A DNA stretch of 64,000 nt from Amoebophrya sp. A120 (lineage: Eukaryota; Protista; Dinoflagellata): positions 9,197,865-9,261,864 of the forward strand of contig CAJINV010000001.1 in the NCBI GenBank assembly GCA_905178155.1. The letters are read 5' to 3'. The stretch's first letter is position 1. Every line of letters begins with the position of its first letter. The position numbers were made by a program, and so were the translations under genes. The notes beneath the pieces were generated by a model. The model saw only the letters and a program-made list of their open reading frames with translations, had not been told where the DNA came from and searched no databases. Positions 46,119 through 57,235 of the stretch are shown one piece after another.

Positions 46119-47130
46119 ATCTATTTCAGCCTCTGAGTTAGTTTCGTCCGACCGTGTAGAAAAAGTTTCGAAAGCACCACTGACTTTGATTGCACCGCAG
46201 AGGCCATTTTCTTGAAGCAGAGACACGACGCACTATGCCCAGGAATAAAAAGTTCATGTTCAGATGCGAGAAGATGTTTCGAGAAGCAGGATCCCATATG
46301 ATGTTCGGCTTCACACTAGTCTAGCTACTGCCTTGCATTGCGAACAGCATTTCAATCTTCTCTGTGATAGCAGCAACTGAAATTTGCTGCATGGCTTTTG
46401 GATCATCAAGAAACCTTGTCATTTATTACAATGCGCCGTTTGAAATCCCAGCAGAAAAGACAGAGATGCTTGGTGACGATCTTGAAATCTTTGGCTGTTT
46501 TTTTTTGTCAACGCTGGCGTCGTCTTTTTTGGCTCGTGTGACCTGCGTACTCTGCGATCCGCGCTTCTTTTTTCGTCATCGGCAAGAACGAAGTCCACTG
46601 CTCGCATGTCATTGACCACTTCAAACTGACCAAAATAGTTTTGTACTAGGTAGGCACCGAAACCGAAAGAATAAACTCACAGGGAAAAATTTCTGGATGC
46701 ATCCGTGTCTTTGTTTGATGTCTGCGTAACGACCTCCGTGCCTGGACTTTTTTTGCAAATAACCGCTCTAGATTTTTCATTTTTGCTATAGAATATTTCC
46801 CTCGAACCAAAATCTAACTTTTGCAACATACTTTCACCCTGAAGTCAGTTCTTTTGCCGGGATTGTCGACGAGACTGCAATTTTGGTTTTGATATTTTGG
46901 ACCAACCGGAGAGTCTTCACCGCAGAAACAAACAGCTTGCAACAATCGATTCTCGTCGCTCCGGTAGCTGGCCGCGAGCTGGCAACGCTTGGATCAGCCC
47001 GGGTGAAAAGAAAAACAACAAATCACAACGACAACGAACAAACGGGAAGTTCTTGAGGAGGAGGGGGAGTAGTTCGTGCTGCGGAGTCTGGTTGAACACG
47101 CTGCAGGGACCAGTTCTTCGTTGGGGACAG

Positions 47131-49802
47131 ATGGCCTCTCATCTCTTTCCGACAGCTGGAGTGGTTGCCTCCTATACTGTGCTTCTCCGGCTCGCTGTCA
47201 TTCTGCTCCCGGTGTCGTGGCCGCATTCGTCTCTGAACACTTCTTTCGTCGCAGCTCGCTCGGCGCGCCTACTGACCGCGGCAGCTCCCCGGTTGATCAC
47301 GGCCGACCCGGAAAAGCAAGCGCACCGCTTGTTGTCCACCTTAGCCGGTACTTCTACCGGGAAGAATAGCAGTGCGTCGTCGAGCAGCACGTCTACTACT
47401 TCCGCTGCGGCACCAGGGGCCGCGGCAGCATTGGTTCCGCGCTCCGCCTCTGACCACACTTTACTGCCTGCGCGCCGCAACACACCACCTACGTTGAACG
47501 TGACCGACGCATTGATTCGGCAGTACAGACCGCAAAGCGCATCGCCGACGGTTTCTCGGAGACCCTCATCCACCTCGTACGCGTCCAGCGACTCCGGCTC
47601 CTCCACGCCGGCGGCAAATTCCTCGAGGAGAAGCAGCCTGAGCAACCTGAGCGATGCCAGCACCGCGGCCTCGACACCGAGCTCTAGCAGGCGTGGCAGC
47701 CGAAAAACTCCGACTTCGGGCCGGAACGCGAAGATCGATGCCTGGCTCGAAGACTTCAACACAGGAGATCGGATCACGTTCGGGCGAAATGGCAAGCTGA
47801 TCCGGCATGATGAGAGTGTTTCTCGGCAATCCGACTTTCCGGCGGGCAGCCCTCTGACCGCGATTGAGGACGACGACGAAGAGAAAAACTCGTCTGAAGC
47901 GGAGACAGCACGGAGTTCTGACATCATCATAGACGGGAGCACACCAGCAGACCGCGAGGTGGGCGATGCGGATGTTGACGTTGACACCGCAGGAGGAGCA
48001 GCTTCTGACGACAAAGGTCCGTTCATGCTCAGTCCCACCGCGGGGAGTGCTCCGGATGTTGTGGAGAAAACAGCTTTTACCGGTCCCGCAGCCTCATCGG
48101 ATCGTCCCCAATCCAACCAGTCTGAGCTGCTGGAATTCGCGCGTACAGTGGCGCACAACGCGCATCAACAGGGCGTTGAAATCGCAAAGAGTACTAGCGC
48201 AGCGCTGAACTACAAACTGAAGGAAAAGCCTCGTCGGGACAGCGGCAAAACTGAATCAGCAGGCAGTGGGACTACAATTCATCCTCTGGCCATAGACAAT
48301 CCAGAAGACCAGGAGCTGGCGGCTCGGCTTCAGCTTTCGCGGCTTTCACTCGACAGCAATCCGACTTCTGTGGAGCATCATCAAAAGGAGAAAACAAATG
48401 CGAACTCCGGCAACAAACCCATCTTGCAAAAAAAGGGGTCTGTTTCATCCGGTGCTTTGCAAGCGGTGGACGGAACCACGGAAGTGAGGGGGGACGAGGG
48501 TGTTAAGTCGGCGAAGTCAGTTGCGTCGATCCCTGCGTCTCCTAGCAAGCGGGTATCCTTCGCGCAGGAGCCAGACTTGTCGGAGTTCAACGTGCTTCCC
48601 GTGGAAAACACGCTAAAGAAAAACGCCAACGCGATCGGGTTACAATGCTCGCCGGATATCTTCGCCTCCGGGTCGCTGCAGGCAGCACAGTACGAGAACT
48701 GCATCGAGGAGGCATTGCAAGAGCTATTTGAAGTGGAGTCGGAGCTGCAGAAGTATTTGACCTTTTTTCGCTTCAGAACAGCCCAAGCTTTATGACTGTT
48801 TGAAATCACTCTTAATACTTTTGACTTCGACGCGCAGCTTTTTTTTTCCCGAAATTCGTCAAAAAATAAACTTGAAATAAGTATACGCATCAAACACGAC
48901 AGATTAAATCTTCCTCCTTCGAAGCGGCGTGGCCTGACTGCGCGTGCCGCGTTCCTCGTGAACCGGTTGGATCAGCTACGCGAGAAATTATGTGCGATGC
49001 ACAAGCATGCGACGGAGGCTGCCACGACGGCGAGTGACATGCTGGCTACCTTGATCTGTCGGTCGGTCGCGCACGCAGAAAAGCGGCAAAAGCAGTATGC
49101 GGACCTGCGCGATGCGATCCACGAGAAACAGGCGGTCGCGCAGAACATGCTGAGCCTGGAGAAGAAAGTGGCGCACGTCGTGTCGATTCGCAAAAATCCA
49201 GTTTGGACCATGACCAAGCGCTTCTCAAAACTGGCTGCAACGTATTGCCTTGTTTTTCGTGTGATTTTTTTAAGAAATCATCGATACAACTCTTACTGAG
49301 CCACTCCCAGATCCAAATTTGCAGAAGGCCGCGTAAGCACGCGCTACTATGATGACAGTTTTTGAATGTCTGACGTTGACACGCAAGTGCCACTGACGAC
49401 TTTAAAACCAAAAGAAGATTAATAATTGCCTGATGTACGTGATGAAATTGGAAACCACGCGAGTTATATTCAAAAAGAGGAGGCGAAAAGCGACAGCTCC
49501 AGTGTGCGATGAAGTACCAAAGACGTGAAGCTGCAGTCGTGATGACAAAATTTAGAATCTGTGACAGCATCCCCTGGGTGTTGATTGAAGATTCAAAAAC
49601 AAATGAAGATTAATAATTGCCTGATGGTTCCTTCTCTCTAATCGCACGTTGTGCGAGTCCGCCTCATTTATTTGCAACACAAGATCATCAAGCGCCCTTC
49701 CAAATCGTGTCTTGTTAATTACATCACCACAAAAAAATCTGCAGTGCCGCTGTGACAGAACTGAAGCGACGCTTCACACAATCCGCATCGTCCAAGAGTT
49801 AG
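47131..49802 (+). CDS. Hypothetical protein: hydrophobic N-terminus, Ser-rich linker, C-terminal coiled coil; snoRNA host gene
   Basis: Model exons 47131-48753, 48925-49201, 49311-49332, 49745-49802. Two junctions need T...AG introns, the last intron (49333-49744) is GT-AG. Confidence 0.55.
49345..49437 (+). ncRNA. Box C/D snoRNA candidate, copy 1
   Basis: C box ATGATGA 49349-49355, internal CTGA 49370-49373, D box CTGA 49430-49433 preceded by GAAGATTAATAATTGC, complementary to an 18S rRNA segment (GCAAUUAUUAAUCUUC, recalled not searched). Confidence 0.7.
49535..49628 (+). ncRNA. Box C/D snoRNA candidate, copy 2
   Basis: C box GTGATGA 49539-49545, D box CTGA 49621-49624 with the same antisense element. 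Remainder diverged from copy 1. Confidence 0.7.
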
Positions 49803-51370
49803 GGTCGAGCAACGGACAAAACAAACTCACTGCATCTGTTCTAAATTTTCCTTATCCGGCACTGCTTTCACTTCCACCGAGCGCATGGACGGACCATCTG
49901 TTCGCCTTCCTCATCCTTTCGCTGTGTTACAAATGACGGACTCCGAAGCATGGCAAAAGAAGCAAGGCGCAGCCGGTGTGTACTTACACGGCCCTTGGCG
50001 AACTTCGAAGTAGATAAGTGCTTTGAGAAGCAGAATGCAGCCTCTTCTTTGCTCGTGATAATTGTGTTTAAAAGAAGTAACAAACTGTATTATGCACGCA
50101 CTTTTGAAATGTACGAAAGCAAGGGTCGCTTGCGACCTGCTGCTGGTGATAAACTTGACCGTAATTGACGAAAGTATAGAGTGGTTTTAGAGAGTAGAGT
50201 GATAAAACCACGACGACCACAAGCGCTTTGTGTCTTGGTCTTGCGAGACGCTGGCGTTGATAATTGTTAATCGTAAGTGCAAAGAATACCGAAAACAGAA
50301 GCTGCGTTTGCGTTTCTGCAGATGCTGAATTGCATATGTGTAAAAGATTTTTTGAGAATATGGAAAAGTTTTTGTCACAGCTATCACAAAGTTTTGATGG
50401 TTCGCGTGAGTAAACCAGTTCTTAAGTGTTGAAAAATGAACACCCGTATCACTTCACTATTCTGAAAAAAATCGAAAACAATCTGAATGCCTGCCGGGTG
50501 AAAAAAAAACTCGGCCTAGTCTGTCAACCACAAAGAAACTTAGAATTGTCGTATAGACGGAGCTTCTTTTTGGGTTTGGCTTCGTTCTAAAGAAAGGGGA
50601 ACAGCAAGATTCTGTCTTCTGGCGACCGCCGCACCTCCTAAGGTGGCGGGATATAGTTTTCAGGCTGTTCAAACATTTTGTTCGCGTTCGCCGAACTCAG
50701 ACGGCATTCTTTTGCGGCAAAGAAACTCAAATCGGTTTTGAGAGAGAAGAACAGCACCTACTAGTCCAGTCGGTCTATGTGAAATTTCAGTTGCTTGTAT
50801 TGGAGAAATTAACATGCTGGCACCACTCACTGAACGAGATCTTAAATCTGCACTTGTGACTTCTCGTGCTGCTACAAGAAGTGAAGGATCACCGAATTTT
50901 CCTCCGTGGCTGCATCATTCAACAGTGAAAAGCACATTCGAACCAAACTCCTCGAGTTAGTTTGAAAAACACTACATTCTTTCCCTGAATTTAACTGCAA
51001 GCCCTTGTCCAGAACTAGAATTCTTTCTCGCGAAAAACGAAAACGCAAGATCCATCTTTTGTGTAGGACACTTAGAAACTAGAAATCGCTCTGAAAAGAC
51101 GACTCTTGGCCAGAAAAAGAGATCAAAACTACAGAAAACTACAGTTTGTTGAAGATCCAAAAGCTTCTCGGAAGTGGTACATAGTTTTGACGAAAAAAGG
51201 TCTCGCACGGAAAATTATTCTCTCAAAATAATCCAATCTATCCCTAAAAAACCCATTCAGGTAGCTCGGTAGAGTTAGTCTAGTCCTATATCAGAATTAG
51301 AATACAGCTACGTTGATTTTATTGTCATTTTTCTCTCTTCAGTTCCTTTTTTCGACCACACTAAGCGAAA

Positions 51371-54300
51371 ATGGCGGAAACCTTCGCATTCAACGCGGAC
51401 ATCCAACAGTTGATGTCCCTGATCATCAACACTTTTTACAGCAACAAGGAAATCTTTCTTCGTGAGTTGATCTCCAACGCCTCCGATGCTCTGGATAAGA
51501 TCCGGTACGAGTCCATCACGGACCCGGAGAAGATCGAGTCGCAGCCCAACTTCTTCATCAAAATCATCCCGGACAAGACCAACTCCACTCTGACGATCGA
51601 AGACAGCGGAATCGGAATGACCAAGAATGAGCTCGTCAACAACTTGGGTATTCATGGAAGAGTTTTTTTGTTGATGTGTTTCGTTTCTGTTGGTGGAAAG
51701 AGTTTTCGCGGGCAAGGTGTTGAAAGAATTTTCATTCACAAGTTCTGTGTGAATACCTGGTGTGCCACTTTCATTTTGAACAGGTACGATCGCGAAGTCC
51801 GGAACCAAGGCCTTTATGGAGGCTATGTCCGCTGGTGGCGATGTTTCCATGATCGGTCAGTTCGGCGTGGGTTTCTACTCCGCCTACCTAGTTGCCGACA
51901 AGGTGCAAGTCGTTTCCCGCAACAACGACGATGAACAGTACATCTGGGAATCCGCGGCCGGTGGGTCCTTTACCGTGGTCAAGGACACCGAGCAGGTGTT
52001 CGGTGAAGTCAAGCGCGGAACCAAGATCGTCTGCCACCTTAAGGAGGACATGACGGAGTTCCTGGAGGAGCGCCGCCTGAAGGACCTGGTCAAGAAGCAC
52101 TCCGAGTTCATCGGATTCCCGATCGAGCTGTACATCGAGAAGTCCGAGGAGAAGGAGGTAATGTGGGCTTTTTGTTGCGCGCTTTGTTACCGGTGTCTCA
52201 TTGTTGAAATGTTTTGTAAAATCTGCGAAGCGCGTGCCCGCTTCCTTGGCAATCAATATATGAAACCGGCGTATTAAACAGGTCACCGACTCCGAGGATG
52301 AGGAGGAAGAGAAGAAGGAGGACGAGGAAAAAGAGGGTGACGAGCCGAAGGTTGAGGAAGTCGATGAGGAAAAGGAGAAGGAGGAGAAGGCCAAGAAAAC
52401 GAAGAAAGTCAAGCAGATCTCGCACGAGTGGGAGCAGCTGAACAAGACCAAGCCGATCTGGATGCGCAAGCCGGATGAGGTCACCAACGAGGACTACGCG
52501 GCCTTCTACAAGGGTCTCTCCAACGACTGGGAAGACCACCTCTCGGTACGTGCTTCTTTTGATATTCGTGCTTCTGCATTTTGGTTCTTGTGATGTTGTG
52601 TCAGGCCAAAAACTGGTGCGGTACCGTTGATCCTACTCCGCGATGCTCATCTTCCCCACGTCTCCTCTACTACGGTGGAGACGCGGGTCCTATGCCATCG
52701 CCACAGCAAAGTTGAAGTTTCTTCCATGCAAGAAATTCTGGCTTTCTCGTGAGTTTCTTGTCCATATGGCTTCTGACAGCGTTTTTTGATCTTGTGTCAG
52801 GCCGAAAACTGGTGCAGTGCCCTTGATCCTACTCCGCGATGCTCATCTTCCCCACGGCTCCTTCACTACAGTGGAGACGCGGGTCCTATGCCATCGCGAC
52901 AAGAAAGTTGAAGTTTCTTCCATGCAAGAAATTCTGGTGGCTTTCTCGTGAGTTTCTTGTCCATATGGCTTCTGACAGCGTTTTTTACGGACACTGCTTG
53001 CTTGGCTTTCTTCAATTTCGCACACATTGCTAGCGTACTTGTGGTTTTCGTTCATTTACTTTGACATCGATCTAAAATTTCAAAATCGGCTTTATCCAAC
53101 AGGTCAAGCACTTTTCCGTCGAGGGTCAGCTGGAATTCAAGGCTCTGCTGTTCGTCCCGCGCCGAGCTCCGTTCGACATGTTCGAACAGAAGAAGAAGCG
53201 CAACAACATCAAGCTGTACGTGCGTCGTGTCTTCATCATGGACGACTGCGAGGACATCATCCCGGAATGGTTGTCCTTCGTTAAGGGAGTTGTCGATTCC
53301 GAGGATTTACCGCTGAACATCTCTCGTGAGACCCTGCAACAGAACAAAATCCTGCGTGTCATCAAGAAGAACTTGGTCAAGAAGTGCCTGGAAATGTTCG
53401 CCGAAATCGCGGAGAACAACGAGGACTACAAGAAGTTCTACGAACAGTTCTCCAAGAACTTGAAGTTGGGCATCCATGAAGATTCCACCAACCGCAACAA
53501 GGTCGCGGAACTCATGCGTTACCAAACCTCCAAATCCGGCGATGACCTCATCTCCCTCAAGGAATACGTCGACCGCATGAAGGAAGGCCAAGAAGACATT
53601 TACTACATCACTGGCGAATGCGTCGCTGCCGTGGACGCGTCTCCGTTCATCGAGACCTTGAAGAAGAAGGGCCTCGAGGTACAGAAACGGTCGTTGTTGC
53701 CTTTTTCTTCGGTATGCATTTGCATGATTATATTATAGAATGTACGTGACGCAAAATCCAAAATAGGATTTGATGGCTTTTGTTTTTGACCCAGATATAT
53801 TGATTTGAAAATTAATTTCTTCCACCAGGTTCTGTACATGGTCGACCCGATCGATGAGTACTGCGTGCAGCAGTTGAAGGAATTCGACGGTAAGAAGCTG
53901 AAGTCCGTTACCAAGGAGGGCTTGGACCTCGAAGACGAGGACGAGAAGAAGAAGCTGGAGGAGCAGAAGGCCTCCTTCGAGAGCTTGTGCAAGCTGATCA
54001 AGGAGGTCCTGGGCGACAAGGTCGAGAAGGTGATGGTGTCCAACCGTATCAGCGAGTCTCCGTGCGTGCTTGTCACGTCCGAGTACGGCTGGTCCGCAAA
54101 CATGGAACGAATCATGAAGGCACAGGCGCTCCGCGACTCCAGCATGACCTCCTACATGGTCAGCAAGAAGACCATGGAACTCAACCCGAACCACGCCATC
54201 ATGAAGGAACTCCTCGCCAAGGCCACCGCCGATAAGGGCGACAAGACCGTCAAGGACCTGATCTGGTTGTTGTTCGATACGTCGCTCCTGACGTCCGGCT

Positions 54301-54464
54301 TCAATTTGGACGAGCCGACCCAGTTCGCGGGCCGCATCCACCGCATGATCAAGCTCGGATTGTCTCTGGATGACGACGAGGATGAGGCTGATGAGGACCT
54401 CCCGCCTCTGGAAGAGGTCGAGGGCGCCGACGCCGAGGCTTCCAAGATGGAAGAGGTCGATTAA
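51371..54464 (+). CDS. HSP90: Cytosolic heat shock protein 90
   Basis: [36 protein letters not shown]-terminal MEEVD. GT-AG introns 51648-51783, 52158-52281, 52546-53102, 53679-53828. Confidence 0.98.
52638..52781 (+). ncRNA. Box H/ACA snoRNA candidate, copy 1 (HSP90 intron 3)
   Basis: Hairpin (GCGATG...CATCGC), ANANNA hinge ACAGCA 52703-52708, second hairpin (CAAGAAATTC...GAGTTTCTTG), ACA 52776-52778 plus 3 nt. Confidence 0.65.
52834..52980 (+). ncRNA. Box H/ACA snoRNA candidate, copy 2 (HSP90 intron 3)
   Basis: Tandem duplicate. Hinge ACAAGA 52899-52904 differs from copy 1 only at N positions. ACA 52975-52977. Confidence 0.65.
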
Positions 54465-55824
54465 ACGACGTTTCCGACGAAACGGAGGTAAAAAGCACGT
54501 TTGATATTGCGACACAGGTACTCTCTCAGTTTCCGATAACAACACGTACAAAAGGAACTTGAATTATTTCTTATCCCATAATTCTGAAATAGGCTATGGC
54601 TAGACTTCGAGCGATTTTTTGAATCGAAACAGACGAGTGGCAGTAACAAACTGCTCGTTTTTTTGATTGCTGTTAAACTATGTCTTGCACGACACAACGA
54701 ACAAGAGACCATTGTGCGCTGCAGTTTGGTTTCGAGGCTGTCGTTGATGAGAATCGAGAATTAATTCGAAAATTTGCAGTGTATTTGGGACAACCGAAGA
54801 ATGCGTAAAATTTCTTAGAATACTGCTATCACGACATCGTTTCTCTCTGAAAAGAAGATCAGATAATCAAGTGCAGATCCCGGGACAGAAGAAGACTCAT
54901 TTATGTACACGTTTGAATCGTAACAACAAGGTATCTAATGCATCCCGCGGAATATCAAAACCGATGGAATGCAGTAGCGCCTTTGTTCTTTTTTATTTGA
55001 AGAATGCAACACGAACAGTCTTCATAACCACTAGAAATGCCACTACCTAAAACTATTCCTATACGAAATGTACAGACGTGATTTCTTCAGACTCTCGATC
55101 TTGCTATCCATGTATGGGTGAAAATTTTTAACCGAAGACTCCTATCCGCGTCGGGAACACCACGGCATCTTATGTCCAAAAAACCGCTTTTTCAACCACC
55201 AAAAACCTTTCTACTCCGATGTAATTTGCTGCCCCTCGCAAGGGAGGAATAGGATAATGAAAATCAAAATCTTGTGAACCCATATGAATCTGCACCTGTA
55301 TATCTTCTGCCCCGGAGCATAGTGTTCGCAGTAGCTCAGGTCGCCGTTCTGTCGCTTGCTAATTTTCTTTCCAGAAAATTTCGCTTGTAAGTAGCCTGTC
55401 ATCGGTTTCTCATCAGCTTGTGCTCGACACAGCATTCGGTTTTTTTTGATCGAAATATGCTCCAGACCATCTTCACCAAGTCATTCCAGATGTCGGTTCT
55501 TAGACCCAAAGAAAGATACGACCTGTACTTGGAAAGTAGAATCAAAGGTTTGTCGGGAAAGGTCTCAGTGAAGCTGCTAGATCCGAGGCTCCATCGCTTT
55601 GGCTGACTAAAACTCTATTCCAGTCTCCCCTCATACATGAGCTCTCGACGACTCTTACATACGTAAAAGTATTTTCACCTGCCTGCTTTACTGAATTTGA
55701 CGACCCAAGCGTGAGGAAGTATCTAAATCTATTTTTCTCGGTTCAGTTGTACGCCCCCCCCCGCCGTCGCACTGTATCGTTCCTGTCTGCGACTTTTATG
55801 TGCTTTTGCTGTTGTAGAAGAAAC

Positions 55825-56498
55825 ATGGGCAATTCTGGTTCCAAGCCGCCACTGACAGGGCTGGCGAAGGTGGTTGACGCAGACTGGTTGGTGCGCCAAA
55901 AATGGTACGTCATTGCTTGCACACCCACCCCGTTCGACCCGGAACCGCATGACGCAGTGGAAAGATACTCCTGGACGGACGAGACAAAGACGAATTTCAA
56001 GGTATTAGACGAGTGGAGTTCTTTGAAACAAAATGCGAGATCGTGATCGGATTGTAAGAGGTTGCAACAAGAAATAAACATTGTCCATCCAAGGGACGAT
56101 GATTATTTTCATCAACGCAGGTAACGTACAAGTTCCGTCCCCGTTCGTCAGACGCAAAGGTGGACACGATGTTTCAGGACGGAAAAACAACAGCAAACGT
56201 GAACGAGTGGAAGGTGCGGCCGCGAATATTTGGCGGCGCGCTGCATGTCATCATGTGGCTGCCGTACTTGATATTGGAGTGTCCAGCGGGTGGTAGTAGT
56301 GCGCAGCAGGGCAGCAAGCCTTTCGTCGTGGGATACCCGGATCGGTCGTTGATTTGGATTATGTCCCTGCAAAAGGAGATGGCTGATAGCGAGTACAAGG
56401 AGACCTTAGACCGCTGCGAAAACGAGTACGGGTATGATAGAGCGATGCTGGACAAGCTTTGGAAAGTCCCCTTCAAAAATGACATACCCGATGAGTAG
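55825..56498 (+). CDS. Lipocalin-like protein (Blc-type)
   Basis: KWYVIA.TPT, AVERY, PYLILE, VVGYPDRSLIWIMS. GT-AG intron 56002-56120. MGNSGS N-terminus. Confidence 0.75.
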
Positions 56499-57235
56499 AA
56501 CTACTTCATCTGAGAACTACATTTTTTTCTCCACGCTGCTAAATTACTGGGACGCAACGGAAACCTCCTCGTCATAATTGGCTACCGATTGGACTCGGTG
56601 TGCTCCAATATCTTGCCTCCGCGTCCGCGCGGCACCGCGTGGTGCGGCTGAGCACCCTACCGTGATGCATCTTGTGATGCTAATGCTTCTTCGAATCTGC
56701 ACATCGCGAGCATTTGCATTACATAGAAATATGGCTGTTCGCAAATAAGTTTTGTCGTAGTTCATCTTGACAATGAATTATGACGTGATTCTGATCGCTA
56801 ACGAGATGGATCGTTGCTGCGATCCAAAGGAAAGATCCTAGGAAAGTCCCTTTGCAGACGAAAAGATCAAGACAAAAAATCAAGAAAGTATAACGCTCTC
56901 GTAACTTTTGCTAGCATGACCGTGGTTCTCAACTGAAAATACATCTCTTTGCGTTTGCCCCAGATAAAAAGTACTTGAGTCTACTTAGGTAACACCACCT
57001 TGGCTAGTTGCTTGATACTGTCTCATCATAGAAATACCATGTTGGCTAGTGTCTTAATACTTTTTGCTAGAAAACTTTACCTCGGATAATAAACTATCGT
57101 ACCTGCGACGATATTCTTGTTCACCCACGCTGCAATATCATTCTTGCTCACTACACTCGGAGGAGTTCTCCGCCACCCTCGCTTTTCTTACTCCATTTCC
57201 CGAAGTACTTTTTCCACCGCACGACATTTTCCACG

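Noticed and set aside
53733-54551. Long antisense ORFs over HSP90 and other genes
   Set aside because: Shadow ORFs caused by biased codon usage of the sense gene.
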